DNA from: an uncultured Bacilli bacterium
Lineage (GTDB): Bacteria > Bacillota_I > Bacilli_A > RF39 > UBA660
NCBI GenBank assembly: GCA_944332535.1
Contig: CALVKE010000025.1
Coordinates: 1 to 52,219, forward strand
Direction: 5' to 3'
Length of the DNA: 52,219 bases
A program made the position numbers and the translations under genes. The notes beneath the pieces are model-generated. The model made no database searches, was not told the DNA's origin, and was given only the letters and a program-made list of their open reading frames with translations. This document shows positions 18,655 through 27,866 of this stretch, piece after piece (position 1 is the first letter of the stretch; every line of letters starts with the position of its first letter).

Positions 18655-19755
18655 CTATACATTAAAACGGAAATGACAAATATCTCCATCTTGCATGATA
18701 TAATCTTTTCCTTCTAGTCGGAATTTTCCTTGTTCTTTCACTTTCGTTTCATTACCACATTCTATTAAATCTTGGTAAGAAATAATTTCTGCTTTAATAA
18801 ATCCTTTTTCGAAATCACTATGGATTATACCTGCACATTTTTTGGCGTTCATTCCCTTTTTATATGTCCAAGCACGCACCTCATCTTTTCCAACTGTAAA
18901 AAAGGTTTCTAGTCCAAGTAAATCATATGTCGCTTTAATTAGTTTATCCAACCCACTTTCTTGCATCCCTAATGCTTCTAACATTTCTTTCTTATCCTCG
19001 TCTTGTAATTCACTTAATTCGCATTCTATTTTAGCGCTAATTGGAATCACAATAGCGTTTTCACGTTTCGCATACTCTTCTACTTGCTCGACATAGCTAT
19101 TTTTTTCGTTACCAATTTCTTCTTCACTAACATTAGCGAGATAAATCACTGGCTTAATTGTCAAAAACTGATATGCTTTTAAACTATTTTTTTCTTCTTC
19201 TGTAAAATTAACAAGACGAAGAGGAATATTTCTTTCTAAATTTTCTTTGGCTTTCTTTAAAGCATTCATTTCTAATAAAGCATCTTTGTCTTTATTCGAT
19301 TGCGCTTTCTTTTGCATTTTTTCAATACGATTTCCAATTGTTTCTAAGTCAGCAATCGTTAATTCTAAGTTGATAATTTCCATATCCCGAACGGGATCGA
19401 TTTTTCCTTCCACATGAATAATATTGCTATCTTCGAAGCAACGTACAACCTGAACGATGGCATCTACTTCACGAATATGAGATAAAAATTTATTTCCAAG
19501 TCCTTCTCCTTGGCTGGCTCCTTTTACAAGTCCGGCAATATCCGTAAATTCAAAGCTCGTTGGTATAAATCGCTCTGGTTGATACATTTCTTTTAATCTA
19601 TCTAATCTTTCATCTGGTACAAAGACAATTCCAACGTTTGGCTCAATTGTTGCAAACGGATAATTGGCAGCTAAGATACTTTGTTTGGTAATAGCGTTAA
19701 ACAAAGTGCTCTTTCCGACATTGGGAAGTCCTACAATTCCAGCTGTTAATCCCAT
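18655..19755 (-). CDS. ychF: Redox-regulated ribosome-binding ATPase YchF
   Basis: 366-aa ORF with the G1 motif GLPNVGKST and a TGS/YchF C-terminal domain. Confidence 0.95.
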   Translation of the reverse strand: MGLTAGIVGLPNVGKSTLFNAITKQSILAANYPFATIEPNVGIVFVPDERLDRLKEMYQPERFIPTSFEFTDIAGLVKGASQGEGLGNKFLSHIREVDAIVQVVRCFEDSNIIHVEGKIDPVRDMEIINLELTIADLETIGNRIEKMQKKAQSNKDKDALLEMNALKKAKENLERNIPLRLVNFTEEEKNSLKAYQFLTIKPVIYLANVSEEEIGNEKNSYVEQVEEYAKRENAIVIPISAKIECELSELQDEDKKEMLEALGMQESGLDKLIKATYDLLGLETFFTVGKDEVRAWTYKKGMNAKKCAGIIHSDFEKGFIKAEIISYQDLIECGNETKVKEQGKFRLEGKDYIMQDGDICHFRFNV

Positions 19756-19821
19756 TATTACACCTCTTTCTTTTTTTCGAAACTAGTATATCACAAAACC
19801 AGAAAAAAAGCAGTAAAATAC

Positions 19822-19846
19822 GAAAAAAACCGCTTTTGGCGGTTTA
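19822..19846 (-). terminator. Rho-independent terminator after the abgT-containing operon
   Basis: On the - strand: ACCGCC-AAAA-GCGGT followed by T7. Confidence 0.65.
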
Positions 19847-21436
19847 GTTAATCGTTGGAAATACTCCAGGACCTAATGGAACTCCTATGATGTACCATAA
19901 TACTAATATACATAGCCATGTAATACTAATAATAAGAGAATATGGTAATAAAAGTCGTAGCGCATTACCAATCGTAATTGGTCTTTTCTTATTTGGATTA
20001 TAGATATTTAAATATCCAATATAAATTGCAAAGAAGGCTAGTAATGGGGTAATTCCTTTCGTCATAGAATCTCCGGCACGAAGTAACATCTGTGCAAATT
20101 GAGGAGAAATATTTGACTGCATTAGTTTTGGAACGACAACCGGTGCTAAAATACTCCATTTCGCAAGTGGTGTCGTAACAAATAAATTGGATACAGCAAT
20201 TACTATTAATACTAATACAATTAGTGGAATTCCACTAAATGAAAGACTATTAATAATATTAGCTCCCCAGGCGGTAATAATGGTTCCTATATTCGTTTGT
20301 TTAAATACAGCAATGAATTGAGCAGCAAAGAATAAAATTCCAATTAAACTTCCGATTTGCATCATATGCTCGTTCATTGCATAGATGACATCTTTATCAT
20401 TTTTAATTGTTTTGGCACCAATTCCATAAGCAATTCCTGCTACCATAAAGAAAATCGATACAATATAGTTAAATCCATCTTGGAAATAAGAATTTTCTCC
20501 AAATAATTGTCCTAAATAAGTGGATTCGTTCATATCCAAAAGAAGTCCTGAATAAGGAAGTCCTGGAATGAGCATGTATATGATTAGAATGACTGCAACA
20601 ATTGCCGTAATATACGCATACTTTAATCCTTTTTTCTCTCTTGTATCTTGCTCTAACTTTTTTTGTTCTTCTAATTCTACATCTACTTGTTGTAATTCTA
20701 GCGTTTTATCCAAATCCGTTTTCTTGTATCTTCCTAATCTTGGTAAGATGATTTTTTCTATTAAAATTGTTCCCACAATCGATAATATGAAAGATGAGGC
20801 AATAATAATGAACAAATTGGATGTTAAGCTAACGTGGAAGGTACTATCAATTAAACGGGCAGCGGCTTGGGTCGTGGAGTTTAGGTTTACTTCCATACTT
20901 CCAACGAAAATGGTCGCTCCGTAACCGAATGCTACTCCGGCAAATGCTGCTGTTATTCCGGTTAACGGGTTCCTTCCATTTGCCATATAGACAATAGCAG
21001 CAAGTGGTATTAAGATAACATAACCAATCTCATTGATCAAACTAGAAATGGTAGCAAGGAAAATAAGAATAAAAGTAATCTTTCGGTTATCAATTTTAAT
21101 CAAATTTCTTTTTATGATTGCATCAAATAAACCGGTTCCTTTCGCAACACTTACTCCGAGCAATGAAATCAGCAACGTACTTAAAGCATTAAAACTCATG
21201 AAGTTTTTTGCTGCTTCACTAATAATAAATTTTATTCCATCATAATTACATAAGTTTTCTACTGTAACTAATACTGACTCTAATTTATTGGTAGAAAGAT
21301 TGACTCTAGAATATGTTGCTTGGAGTTCTAGAGCCGAAAAAATACCACTGAGTAATATGGTGAGTATAGTTAGTAAAATAAACATGGTAATTGGATGAAA
21401 ATAAAACTTTTTTAATCTCAGTTTTTTATTTTTCAT
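19844..21436 (-). CDS. AbgT-family transporter (p-aminobenzoyl-glutamate/antimetabolite efflux family)
   Basis: 530-aa polytopic membrane ORF resembling the AbgT family. Confidence 0.75.
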   Translation of the reverse strand: MKNKKLRLKKFYFHPITMFILLTILTILLSGIFSALELQATYSRVNLSTNKLESVLVTVENLCNYDGIKFIISEAAKNFMSFNALSTLLISLLGVSVAKGTGLFDAIIKRNLIKIDNRKITFILIFLATISSLINEIGYVILIPLAAIVYMANGRNPLTGITAAFAGVAFGYGATIFVGSMEVNLNSTTQAAARLIDSTFHVSLTSNLFIIIASSFILSIVGTILIEKIILPRLGRYKKTDLDKTLELQQVDVELEEQKKLEQDTREKKGLKYAYITAIVAVILIIYMLIPGLPYSGLLLDMNESTYLGQLFGENSYFQDGFNYIVSIFFMVAGIAYGIGAKTIKNDKDVIYAMNEHMMQIGSLIGILFFAAQFIAVFKQTNIGTIITAWGANIINSLSFSGIPLIVLVLIVIAVSNLFVTTPLAKWSILAPVVVPKLMQSNISPQFAQMLLRAGDSMTKGITPLLAFFAIYIGYLNIYNPNKKRPITIGNALRLLLPYSLIISITWLCILVLWYIIGVPLGPGVFPTIN

Positions 21437-21631
21437 CTACTTCTCCTCGCTTTTTACCTTTTTCAACTTTTTATTGAATTCTACTCTTGGTAACATAACA
21501 GTACGCCCACATTTCGTACATTTTATTTTAATATCGGCTCCCGTGCGAACGATTTCCCATTCGTTATTTCCGCAAGGGTGTCCTTTTTTCATGATAACCA
21601 AAGATCCTAAATGGTATTCTTTAGTCTCCAT
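21437..21631 (-). CDS. DUF951 small protein (YyzM-like)
   Basis: 64-aa ORF with paired Cys motifs (HPCG..., CTKCG); conserved ori-proximal neighbour of ychF/parB in Firmicutes. Confidence 0.65.
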   Translation of the reverse strand: METKEYHLGSLVIMKKGHPCGNNEWEIVRTGADIKIKCTKCGRTVMLPRVEFNKKLKKVKSEEK

Positions 21632-22427
21632 TATGCACCTCTATCTGTGGGTATGGAATATCTATTTTTTTCTCATCAAAACGAAGTTTAATTGCTTTTC
21701 TAATTTCCCGTTCTACAAAATAGTTTTCTAATGCATCTGTTTTAGCTGTTAAACGAAAATTGATAGATGAAGTATCTAGACTTTGAATTCCCAATAATTC
21801 TACTGGTCCCTTCAATTTTGGTAAAGATTTGCTTAATTCTTCTGCTAATTCTGTTAAAATTTGCTCTATTTTTTCAATATCAGAATTATAACTTACACCA
21901 ACATCTACAATGGCAAGAGAATAGCTACAACTATAATTTACGACTTCTGTAATATTACGGTTTGCAATAATTTTAACATACCCTTCATAGTTACGAAGTC
22001 TAGTAGATTTTAATCCCATTGTGATGACTTCCCCTTTAAAGTTTCCAATTAACACGGTATCTCCAAGAGCAAATTGATTTTCTAAGATAATGGTAATTCC
22101 TCCAATGAGGTCTTTTAGCGTATCTTGTAGAGCTAATGCAAGTACGGCAGAGGCAATTCCTAACCCTGCTAAAAGACTTGTCACATCTACTCCAAAGATT
22201 GGTAAAATAGATAAAATTGTTAATAATATAATAATTACTTTGGTAATATTTAACAACAAGTTTTTAAACGTTTCAATTCGTTTATAATTGTAACTGTTCT
22301 TGTTGAGATGAAGTTGTTTTTTACTTAGTGTTACTCTAATTAATTTGGATGCTAATTTATAGATGATGTATCCAATAATTAAATGTATGATTGGCAAGTA
22401 GATTTCTTTTATCCAAAATTTTTCCAT
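21621..22427 (-). CDS. Small-conductance mechanosensitive channel (MscS family)
   Basis: 268-aa ORF with three N-terminal TMs and an MscS beta-domain (GDTVLIGNFKGEVITMGLKSTRLR). Confidence 0.85.
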   Translation of the reverse strand: MEKFWIKEIYLPIIHLIIGYIIYKLASKLIRVTLSKKQLHLNKNSYNYKRIETFKNLLLNITKVIIILLTILSILPIFGVDVTSLLAGLGIASAVLALALQDTLKDLIGGITIILENQFALGDTVLIGNFKGEVITMGLKSTRLRNYEGYVKIIANRNITEVVNYSCSYSLAIVDVGVSYNSDIEKIEQILTELAEELSKSLPKLKGPVELLGIQSLDTSSINFRLTAKTDALENYFVEREIRKAIKLRFDEKKIDIPYPQIEVHNGD

Positions 22428-22438
22428 AATTTATCTCC

Positions 22439-23329
22439 TTAATGATTGGAAGCTCCAATAATTTCTAAGATTCGATTTAGATCATTGTTGTTTTCAAAGG
22501 AAATAACGATTTTTTTGTTTTTTATTTTTACTTTTGTTCCTAATCGATCAAAAAGAGATTCTTCTATATATTTATATTCATTATTTCTAGGTACTTTTTG
22601 AAGAGGATTACGTTTTCTAAAATCTCCTTTGGTAACAATGTCTTCGACTTCTCTGACACTTAAATGTTCGTTTACGATACGATTAGCTAAGGTTAATACT
22701 TTTTCGTCGTCTTCAATTTTACTTAGAATTCTAGCGTGTCCCATGGAAATTTGATCTTTCATGACAAATGTTTTCACTAGTTCTGGCAAAGATAAAAGTC
22801 CTATTGTATTCGTAATGTGAGTACGACTTTTTCCAAGTCGACGTCCTAGTTCTTCTTGCGTTAAGCAAAGCGTATCGAGTAATTTACGATAAGCTTCGGC
22901 TTCTTCTAAAGGATTGAGGTTTTCTCTTTGTAAGTTTTCCAAAAGGGCAATTTCCATCATTTGGGCATCGCTAAAATCACGAACAACGGCAGGAATAGTT
23001 GTTTTTCCGGCAAGTTGAGAAGCTTTTACCCGTCGTTCTCCGGCAATGATATCGTATCCTTTAATGCTTTTCTTTACAATAATAGGTTGGAATACTCCAT
23101 AATTTTTGATAGATTCTGCTAATTCTTCTAGTTTTTCTTGATCAAAGACTTGCCGTGGTTGATAAGGGTTCGCCCGAAGGGATGAAATCTCTACCTCTAT
23201 AATTGCATCCTTTGGAGCTTGTTCGATAATTTTTTCTTCTACTTTTTCATAGTCGATTGGCTCATTGTTAAACAATTCTTCTAGTCCACGTCCAAGAGCT
23301 CTTCTTTTATTGTTGTCCATTTCTTGCAA
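22439..23329 (-). CDS. parB: Chromosome partitioning protein ParB/Spo0J (parS-type recognition helix)
   Basis: 296-aa ORF with the GERR CTP-binding box (IIAGERRVKA); HTH region GKSRTHITNTIGLLSL...SMGHAR carries ParB-type residues (R, T, G) at the positions reported to separate parS from NBS recognition. Confidence 0.93.
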   Translation of the reverse strand: MQEMDNNKRRALGRGLEELFNNEPIDYEKVEEKIIEQAPKDAIIEVEISSLRANPYQPRQVFDQEKLEELAESIKNYGVFQPIIVKKSIKGYDIIAGERRVKASQLAGKTTIPAVVRDFSDAQMMEIALLENLQRENLNPLEEAEAYRKLLDTLCLTQEELGRRLGKSRTHITNTIGLLSLPELVKTFVMKDQISMGHARILSKIEDDEKVLTLANRIVNEHLSVREVEDIVTKGDFRKRNPLQKVPRNNEYKYIEESLFDRLGTKVKIKNKKIVISFENNNDLNRILEIIGASNH

Positions 23330-24095
23330 TCACTTCCTTTGCTAAATTAATATAAGCTTCCGATCCACGACTTTTGGGATCATAAGCTAATATCGGTTTT
23401 CCATGACTTGGTGCTTCCGTTAAACGAATTAATCTTGGAATAATCGTATCATACACTCTTTCTTTAAAGTAACGGCGAATATCTTCTACTACTTCTAGTC
23501 CTAAGTTCGTTCTAGAATCTAACATGGTAAGAAGTACTCCTTCAATATCCAAATTAGGATTCAAGTTTTTCTGTGCTAACATGATGGTATTTAACAATTG
23601 CATAATTCCTTCCAGTGCAAAAAATTCGCATTGTACCGGAATAATTACAGAATCCGATGCAGTTAGGGCATTGGTCGTAATCAAGCCTAGCGATGGGGGA
23701 CAATCAATAATCATAAAATCAAAGGTGTTTTTCAATTTTTCGATCGCATTTTTTAGCTGGGATCCTTTCGAAAAATTTTCTTCCGTCTTACTTTTTTCAA
23801 TCAACTCGATATCTACTCCTGCTAAATTAATCGTTGCTGGTAGCACATATAAATTACGATATCTCGTCTTTACAATAGCTTCTTCTACCGGACATTTTCC
23901 AGTAATCACATCATAAACACTCTTATCGATATCTCCTTTATTAATTCCAACTCCCGTCGTCGTATTTCCCTGAGGGTCTAAGTCAATCAATAACACTCTT
24001 TTTCCAAGATATGCTAAAGACGCAGAAAGATTAATGCTGGTCGTTGTTTTTCCTACTCCGCCTTTTTGATTAACTAATGAAATAATCTTCCCCAT
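23307..24095 (-). CDS. parA: Chromosome partitioning ATPase ParA/Soj
   Basis: Deviant Walker A KGGVGKTT; the ATG at 24095 follows an AAGGTG RBS (the ORF-track GTG at 24104 is also possible). Confidence 0.95.
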   Translation of the reverse strand: MGKIISLVNQKGGVGKTTTSINLSASLAYLGKRVLLIDLDPQGNTTTGVGINKGDIDKSVYDVITGKCPVEEAIVKTRYRNLYVLPATINLAGVDIELIEKSKTEENFSKGSQLKNAIEKLKNTFDFMIIDCPPSLGLITTNALTASDSVIIPVQCEFFALEGIMQLLNTIMLAQKNLNPNLDIEGVLLTMLDSRTNLGLEVVEDIRRYFKERVYDTIIPRLIRLTEAPSHGKPILAYDPKSRGSEAYINLAKEVIARNGQQ

Positions 24096-24189
24096 CTTCT
24101 TCACCTTTTCCTTATAAATCGTTCTTTTTTTATTGTATCAAAATTTTTCTTCTTTTGAAATGACTTTTGTCAAAAAAAAGTAGAAAGTT

Positions 24190-25209
24190 CTACTTTTCCA
24201 GATCTTCTTTATTAATATTAATAATAATTTGGTATTTTCCGCCCATGTCAGTTTCTTCTACTGAAACTTGCATTCCTTTATGTCTAAGTTCTGGAATTAC
24301 ATCTCTTACTAAATTAATAGCGTCTTTTAACTTAAAAGATTCTACAAAATTTGCATCTTTTAGCGAATTGTTGTTAGAATTTGTATTCGTTGGCTGCAAT
24401 AATTCATCCTCTTCTTGGATCATCACCGGACTTGCTGGAGGAGTAAAGGTCGAGAAAGAACTTTCCGTTTTTGGTGGATTCATTCCCGGTTTTGTTTCTT
24501 CGAACGATTCTTTTTCGGAATGAAACTCTATTGGATTTTTTAAAAGGTCTTCTAATTTTGGTGCATTCGACTCTTTCTCTATCATATTTTCTTCCATAGA
24601 AATGTTCGCTGTAGGACTCATTTCTTTAATGGCATGATCTAATTCTCTTACTGTCATTCTTCCACGAATAACGCGGTTTAACATTTCTACTTGCTCATTG
24701 GGATTTTCAATTGCCAATAAACTACGCGCGTGACGTTCTGAAATTTGATCATTTAATAAGGCTTCTTGTACTTCATCTGTTAACGAAAGTAATCTTAATT
24801 TATTGGCGATGGCCGCTTGACTTTTTCCCATCGTTTTCCCTAATTCTTCTTGGGTCATAGAGTCTAACTCTAATATTTTTTGATATGTTCTCGCTTCTTC
24901 AATAGCCGTTAAATCTTTTCTTTGCAGATTTTCTAACAGTGCGACTTTACTTGCTTCTTTATCATCCAAGTTCCGAATAATCGCAGGAATTTTCGTAAGA
25001 CCTGCCAAAGCAGAAGCTTTATATCGTCTCTCTCCGGCAATAATTTCAAACTTTTCTCCAATTTTTCTGACAATAATCGGCTGGATTACCCCATGTTCTT
25101 TGATCGAAGTTGCTAACTCTTTGAGTGCCGTTTCGTCAAATTTTTCTCTTGGTTGAAAACGATTTGGTATAATATCATCTAAATATAGCTCTACTACTTC
25201 ATTTTGCAT
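24190..25209 (-). CDS. noc: Noc-type ParB paralog (NBS-type recognition helix), atypical N- and C-terminal architecture
   Basis: 339-aa ORF in the rsmG-noc-parA-parB position. It has PNRFQPR and GERR boxes. The HTH GKSQAAIANKLRLLSL...ISERHAR carries Noc-type Q, K and R at specificity positions. It has no N-terminal extension and carries a low-complexity insert of roughly 100 aa. Confidence 0.85.
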   Translation of the reverse strand: MQNEVVELYLDDIIPNRFQPREKFDETALKELATSIKEHGVIQPIIVRKIGEKFEIIAGERRYKASALAGLTKIPAIIRNLDDKEASKVALLENLQRKDLTAIEEARTYQKILELDSMTQEELGKTMGKSQAAIANKLRLLSLTDEVQEALLNDQISERHARSLLAIENPNEQVEMLNRVIRGRMTVRELDHAIKEMSPTANISMEENMIEKESNAPKLEDLLKNPIEFHSEKESFEETKPGMNPPKTESSFSTFTPPASPVMIQEEDELLQPTNTNSNNNSLKDANFVESFKLKDAINLVRDVIPELRHKGMQVSVEETDMGGKYQIIININKEDLEK

Positions 25210-25286
25210 AGTATCCCTCTTTTCATCCTTTTATCCTTATATACATTATAACATAGTTTTCTTCAAACACAAGAAAAAAAGAAAAA

Positions 25287-25991
25287 TTATGCCCTATCTT
25301 TCTTTATCTTATCCATTGTTCTTGGATAATTAGAAGGACTTTCTTTTTCTTTCTTGATAACGATAATTTGTCTTTTACTTTCTTCATAAGGAAGAAGAAA
25401 TTGTTCTATTTTATCTATTTTAGCATTCAGTTTTTTTAAAATTTCTTGGCTTTCTTGGACTTCTTCCTCGGCACTTGCTTTCATGGCAAGAAACAATCCT
25501 CCAACCTTTACCATCGGAACCGTTATTTCTGCTAATACTTTTAAGCTGGCAACAGCACGAGCCGTAACAATGGAAAATTTTTCGCGGTTTTCTCTTGCAT
25601 AATCTTCACTTCTTGCATGAATTGCTTCAATATCGGATAAATGAAGCTCTTCGATGACTTTATTTAAATATCGCACTCGTTTCTGCAACGCATCCAATAA
25701 CGTTATTTTCAAGTGAGGAAAGACAATTTTTAATACAATTCCTGGAAACCCCGCACCACTTCCTACATCGCACAAGGTCCACTCTTGATTCAAATCTACT
25801 ACTTTAGCAAGGGTTAAACTATCATAAAAATGCTTTAAATAAACATCTTTTTTGTCTGTGATTCTCGTTAAATTCATATACTGATTCGTCTCTATTAAAA
25901 TCTCATAGAACTGATTTAACTGTTTCAACTGCCCCTCAGATAAAGTAATTCCTAATTTTGATACTTCTTCTATAAATTGTTGTTCTGTCAT
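25287..25991 (-). CDS. rsmG: 16S rRNA (guanine527-N7)-methyltransferase
   Basis: 234-aa ORF with the SAM motif DVGSGAGFPG; mnmG-rsmG synteny. Confidence 0.95.
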   Translation of the reverse strand: MTEQQFIEEVSKLGITLSEGQLKQLNQFYEILIETNQYMNLTRITDKKDVYLKHFYDSLTLAKVVDLNQEWTLCDVGSGAGFPGIVLKIVFPHLKITLLDALQKRVRYLNKVIEELHLSDIEAIHARSEDYARENREKFSIVTARAVASLKVLAEITVPMVKVGGLFLAMKASAEEEVQESQEILKKLNAKIDKIEQFLLPYEESKRQIIVIKKEKESPSNYPRTMDKIKKDRA

Positions 25992-25992
25992 A

Positions 25993-27852
25993 TTATATTC
26001 TCTTTTCCTTTTTTAAATAAATCATCAAAATAGAAATATCCGATGGATTTACTCCACTAATTCGAGAAGCTTGTCCGATAGAAGTTGGTCTTACTTCTTT
26101 TAATTTTTGACGAGCTTCTTGTGCTAAATTGGTTACTTTATCATAGTCGATTTCATCAAAAATAGGAATGTTTTCTAAATGAGTCATCTTTTCGGCCTCT
26201 TTTTCGGCCTTTTTAATATATCCTTCGTACTTTGCTGTGATTTCTAATTGCTCAAGTACCTCTTCAGAATAAGACATCGGATGAAATTGTTGTACTTGTT
26301 CTAGAGTAATTTCCGGACGTTTTAAAAGGTCATAAAGAGTAAGTCCATCCGTCAAAGGAGACGTATTCATTGCTTTTAGCATTTCATTTGTAGTAGTCGT
26401 TGGCGTAATTTTATTTTCCTGTAACTCTTGAATTCCTTTTTTTATTTGCTCTTTTTTAGTAAGAAATTTTTGATAGATGTCTTCTTGGATTAATCCTACT
26501 TGATAACCGTATTCCCGTAATCTTAAATCGGCATTATCATGTCTTAAAAGCAAGCGGTATTCCGCACGAGAAGTTAACATTCGATATGGTTCTTTGGTTC
26601 CCTTCGTTACCAAATCATCGATTAATACACCAATATAGGCTTCGTCTCTTTTTAAAATAAGCGGCTCTTTTTTCTCTAATTTTAAAGATGCATTGATTCC
26701 TGCAATTAATCCTTGCCCAGCAGCTTCTTCGTATCCACTTGTTCCATTGATTTGTCCTGCAGTAAACAAATTTTCAATGACTTTCGTTTCTAATGATTGT
26801 TTCAACTGTAATGGATCGATCGCATCGTATTCAATAGCGTAGGCATATTTAAGAATTTGAGCATGTTCTAAGCCTGGTAAGGAGTGAACCATTTCTTCTT
26901 GTACTTCTTGTGGCATACTCGTTGAGAATCCTTGTACATAAATATCATCGTAATACTTACTTTCTGGTTCTAAAAATAATTGATGACGCTCTTTTTCCGC
27001 GAATCGTACTACCTTATCTTCGATCGATGGGCAATAACGAGGTCCGATTCCTTCTACATATCCGCCGTACATACTAGATTTTGTTAAATTGTCGCGAATG
27101 ATTTGATGGGTTTTTTCTCTTGTGTAAATCAAATAACATGGGAGTTGTTCTTCTAGTTTATAAGTAGGAGTTCGATCAAATGAAAAGGTACGTAAAATAT
27201 TATCTCCTGGTTCTAGGGATGCTTGCGAAAAATCAATGGAATCCTTCGCAATTCGAGGTGGAGTTCCAGTCTTTAAGCGTTGAATACGAAATCCGTACTT
27301 TTTTAATTGATTACTTAAAAAACGTGATGGCTTTTCTCCATGAGGTCCACTTTCTTCCTTTGTACTTCCTCTTAAAATAACCGCTTTAAGATACGTTCCG
27401 GTCGTTAGAATGACTATGGTAGAATTAATTTTCTCCCCATTTTCTAGTACTACTCCTTTTACTACATTCTCATCTACCATCAAATCTTCTACAATGGCTT
27501 CTTGAATCGTTAAATTTTCTTGGCTCATCAATGTTTTCATCATTTCTTTTGGATAGATAATTTTATCTACTTGAGCCCGTAGCGCTCGTACTGCTGGACC
27601 TTTTTTGGTATTTAACATTTTTAGCTGCAATAAACTTTTATCTGTATTTTTGGCCATTTCTCCTCCAAGAGCATCAATTTCTCGGACAATAATTCCCTTG
27701 GCTGGTCCTCCAATGGATGGATTACATGGCATATCCGCAATATTTTTTTTATTTCCTGTAATTAACAAGGTCTTTTTTCCTAAACGAGTAGTAGCTAGAC
27801 AAGCCTCACATCCGGCGTGTCCTCCCCCTACTACAATTACATCATATTTCAT
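25993..27852 (-). CDS. mnmG: tRNA uridine-5-carboxymethylaminomethyl modification enzyme MnmG (GidA)
   Basis: FAD motif DVIVVGGGHAGCEA; the ATG at 27852 follows an AAGGTGAG RBS (the ORF-track start at 27882 would overlap mnmE). Confidence 0.96.
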   Translation of the reverse strand: MKYDVIVVGGGHAGCEACLATTRLGKKTLLITGNKKNIADMPCNPSIGGPAKGIIVREIDALGGEMAKNTDKSLLQLKMLNTKKGPAVRALRAQVDKIIYPKEMMKTLMSQENLTIQEAIVEDLMVDENVVKGVVLENGEKINSTIVILTTGTYLKAVILRGSTKEESGPHGEKPSRFLSNQLKKYGFRIQRLKTGTPPRIAKDSIDFSQASLEPGDNILRTFSFDRTPTYKLEEQLPCYLIYTREKTHQIIRDNLTKSSMYGGYVEGIGPRYCPSIEDKVVRFAEKERHQLFLEPESKYYDDIYVQGFSTSMPQEVQEEMVHSLPGLEHAQILKYAYAIEYDAIDPLQLKQSLETKVIENLFTAGQINGTSGYEEAAGQGLIAGINASLKLEKKEPLILKRDEAYIGVLIDDLVTKGTKEPYRMLTSRAEYRLLLRHDNADLRLREYGYQVGLIQEDIYQKFLTKKEQIKKGIQELQENKITPTTTTNEMLKAMNTSPLTDGLTLYDLLKRPEITLEQVQQFHPMSYSEEVLEQLEITAKYEGYIKKAEKEAEKMTHLENIPIFDEIDYDKVTNLAQEARQKLKEVRPTSIGQASRISGVNPSDISILMIYLKKEKRI

Positions 27853-27866
27853 GTACTCACCTTCTT

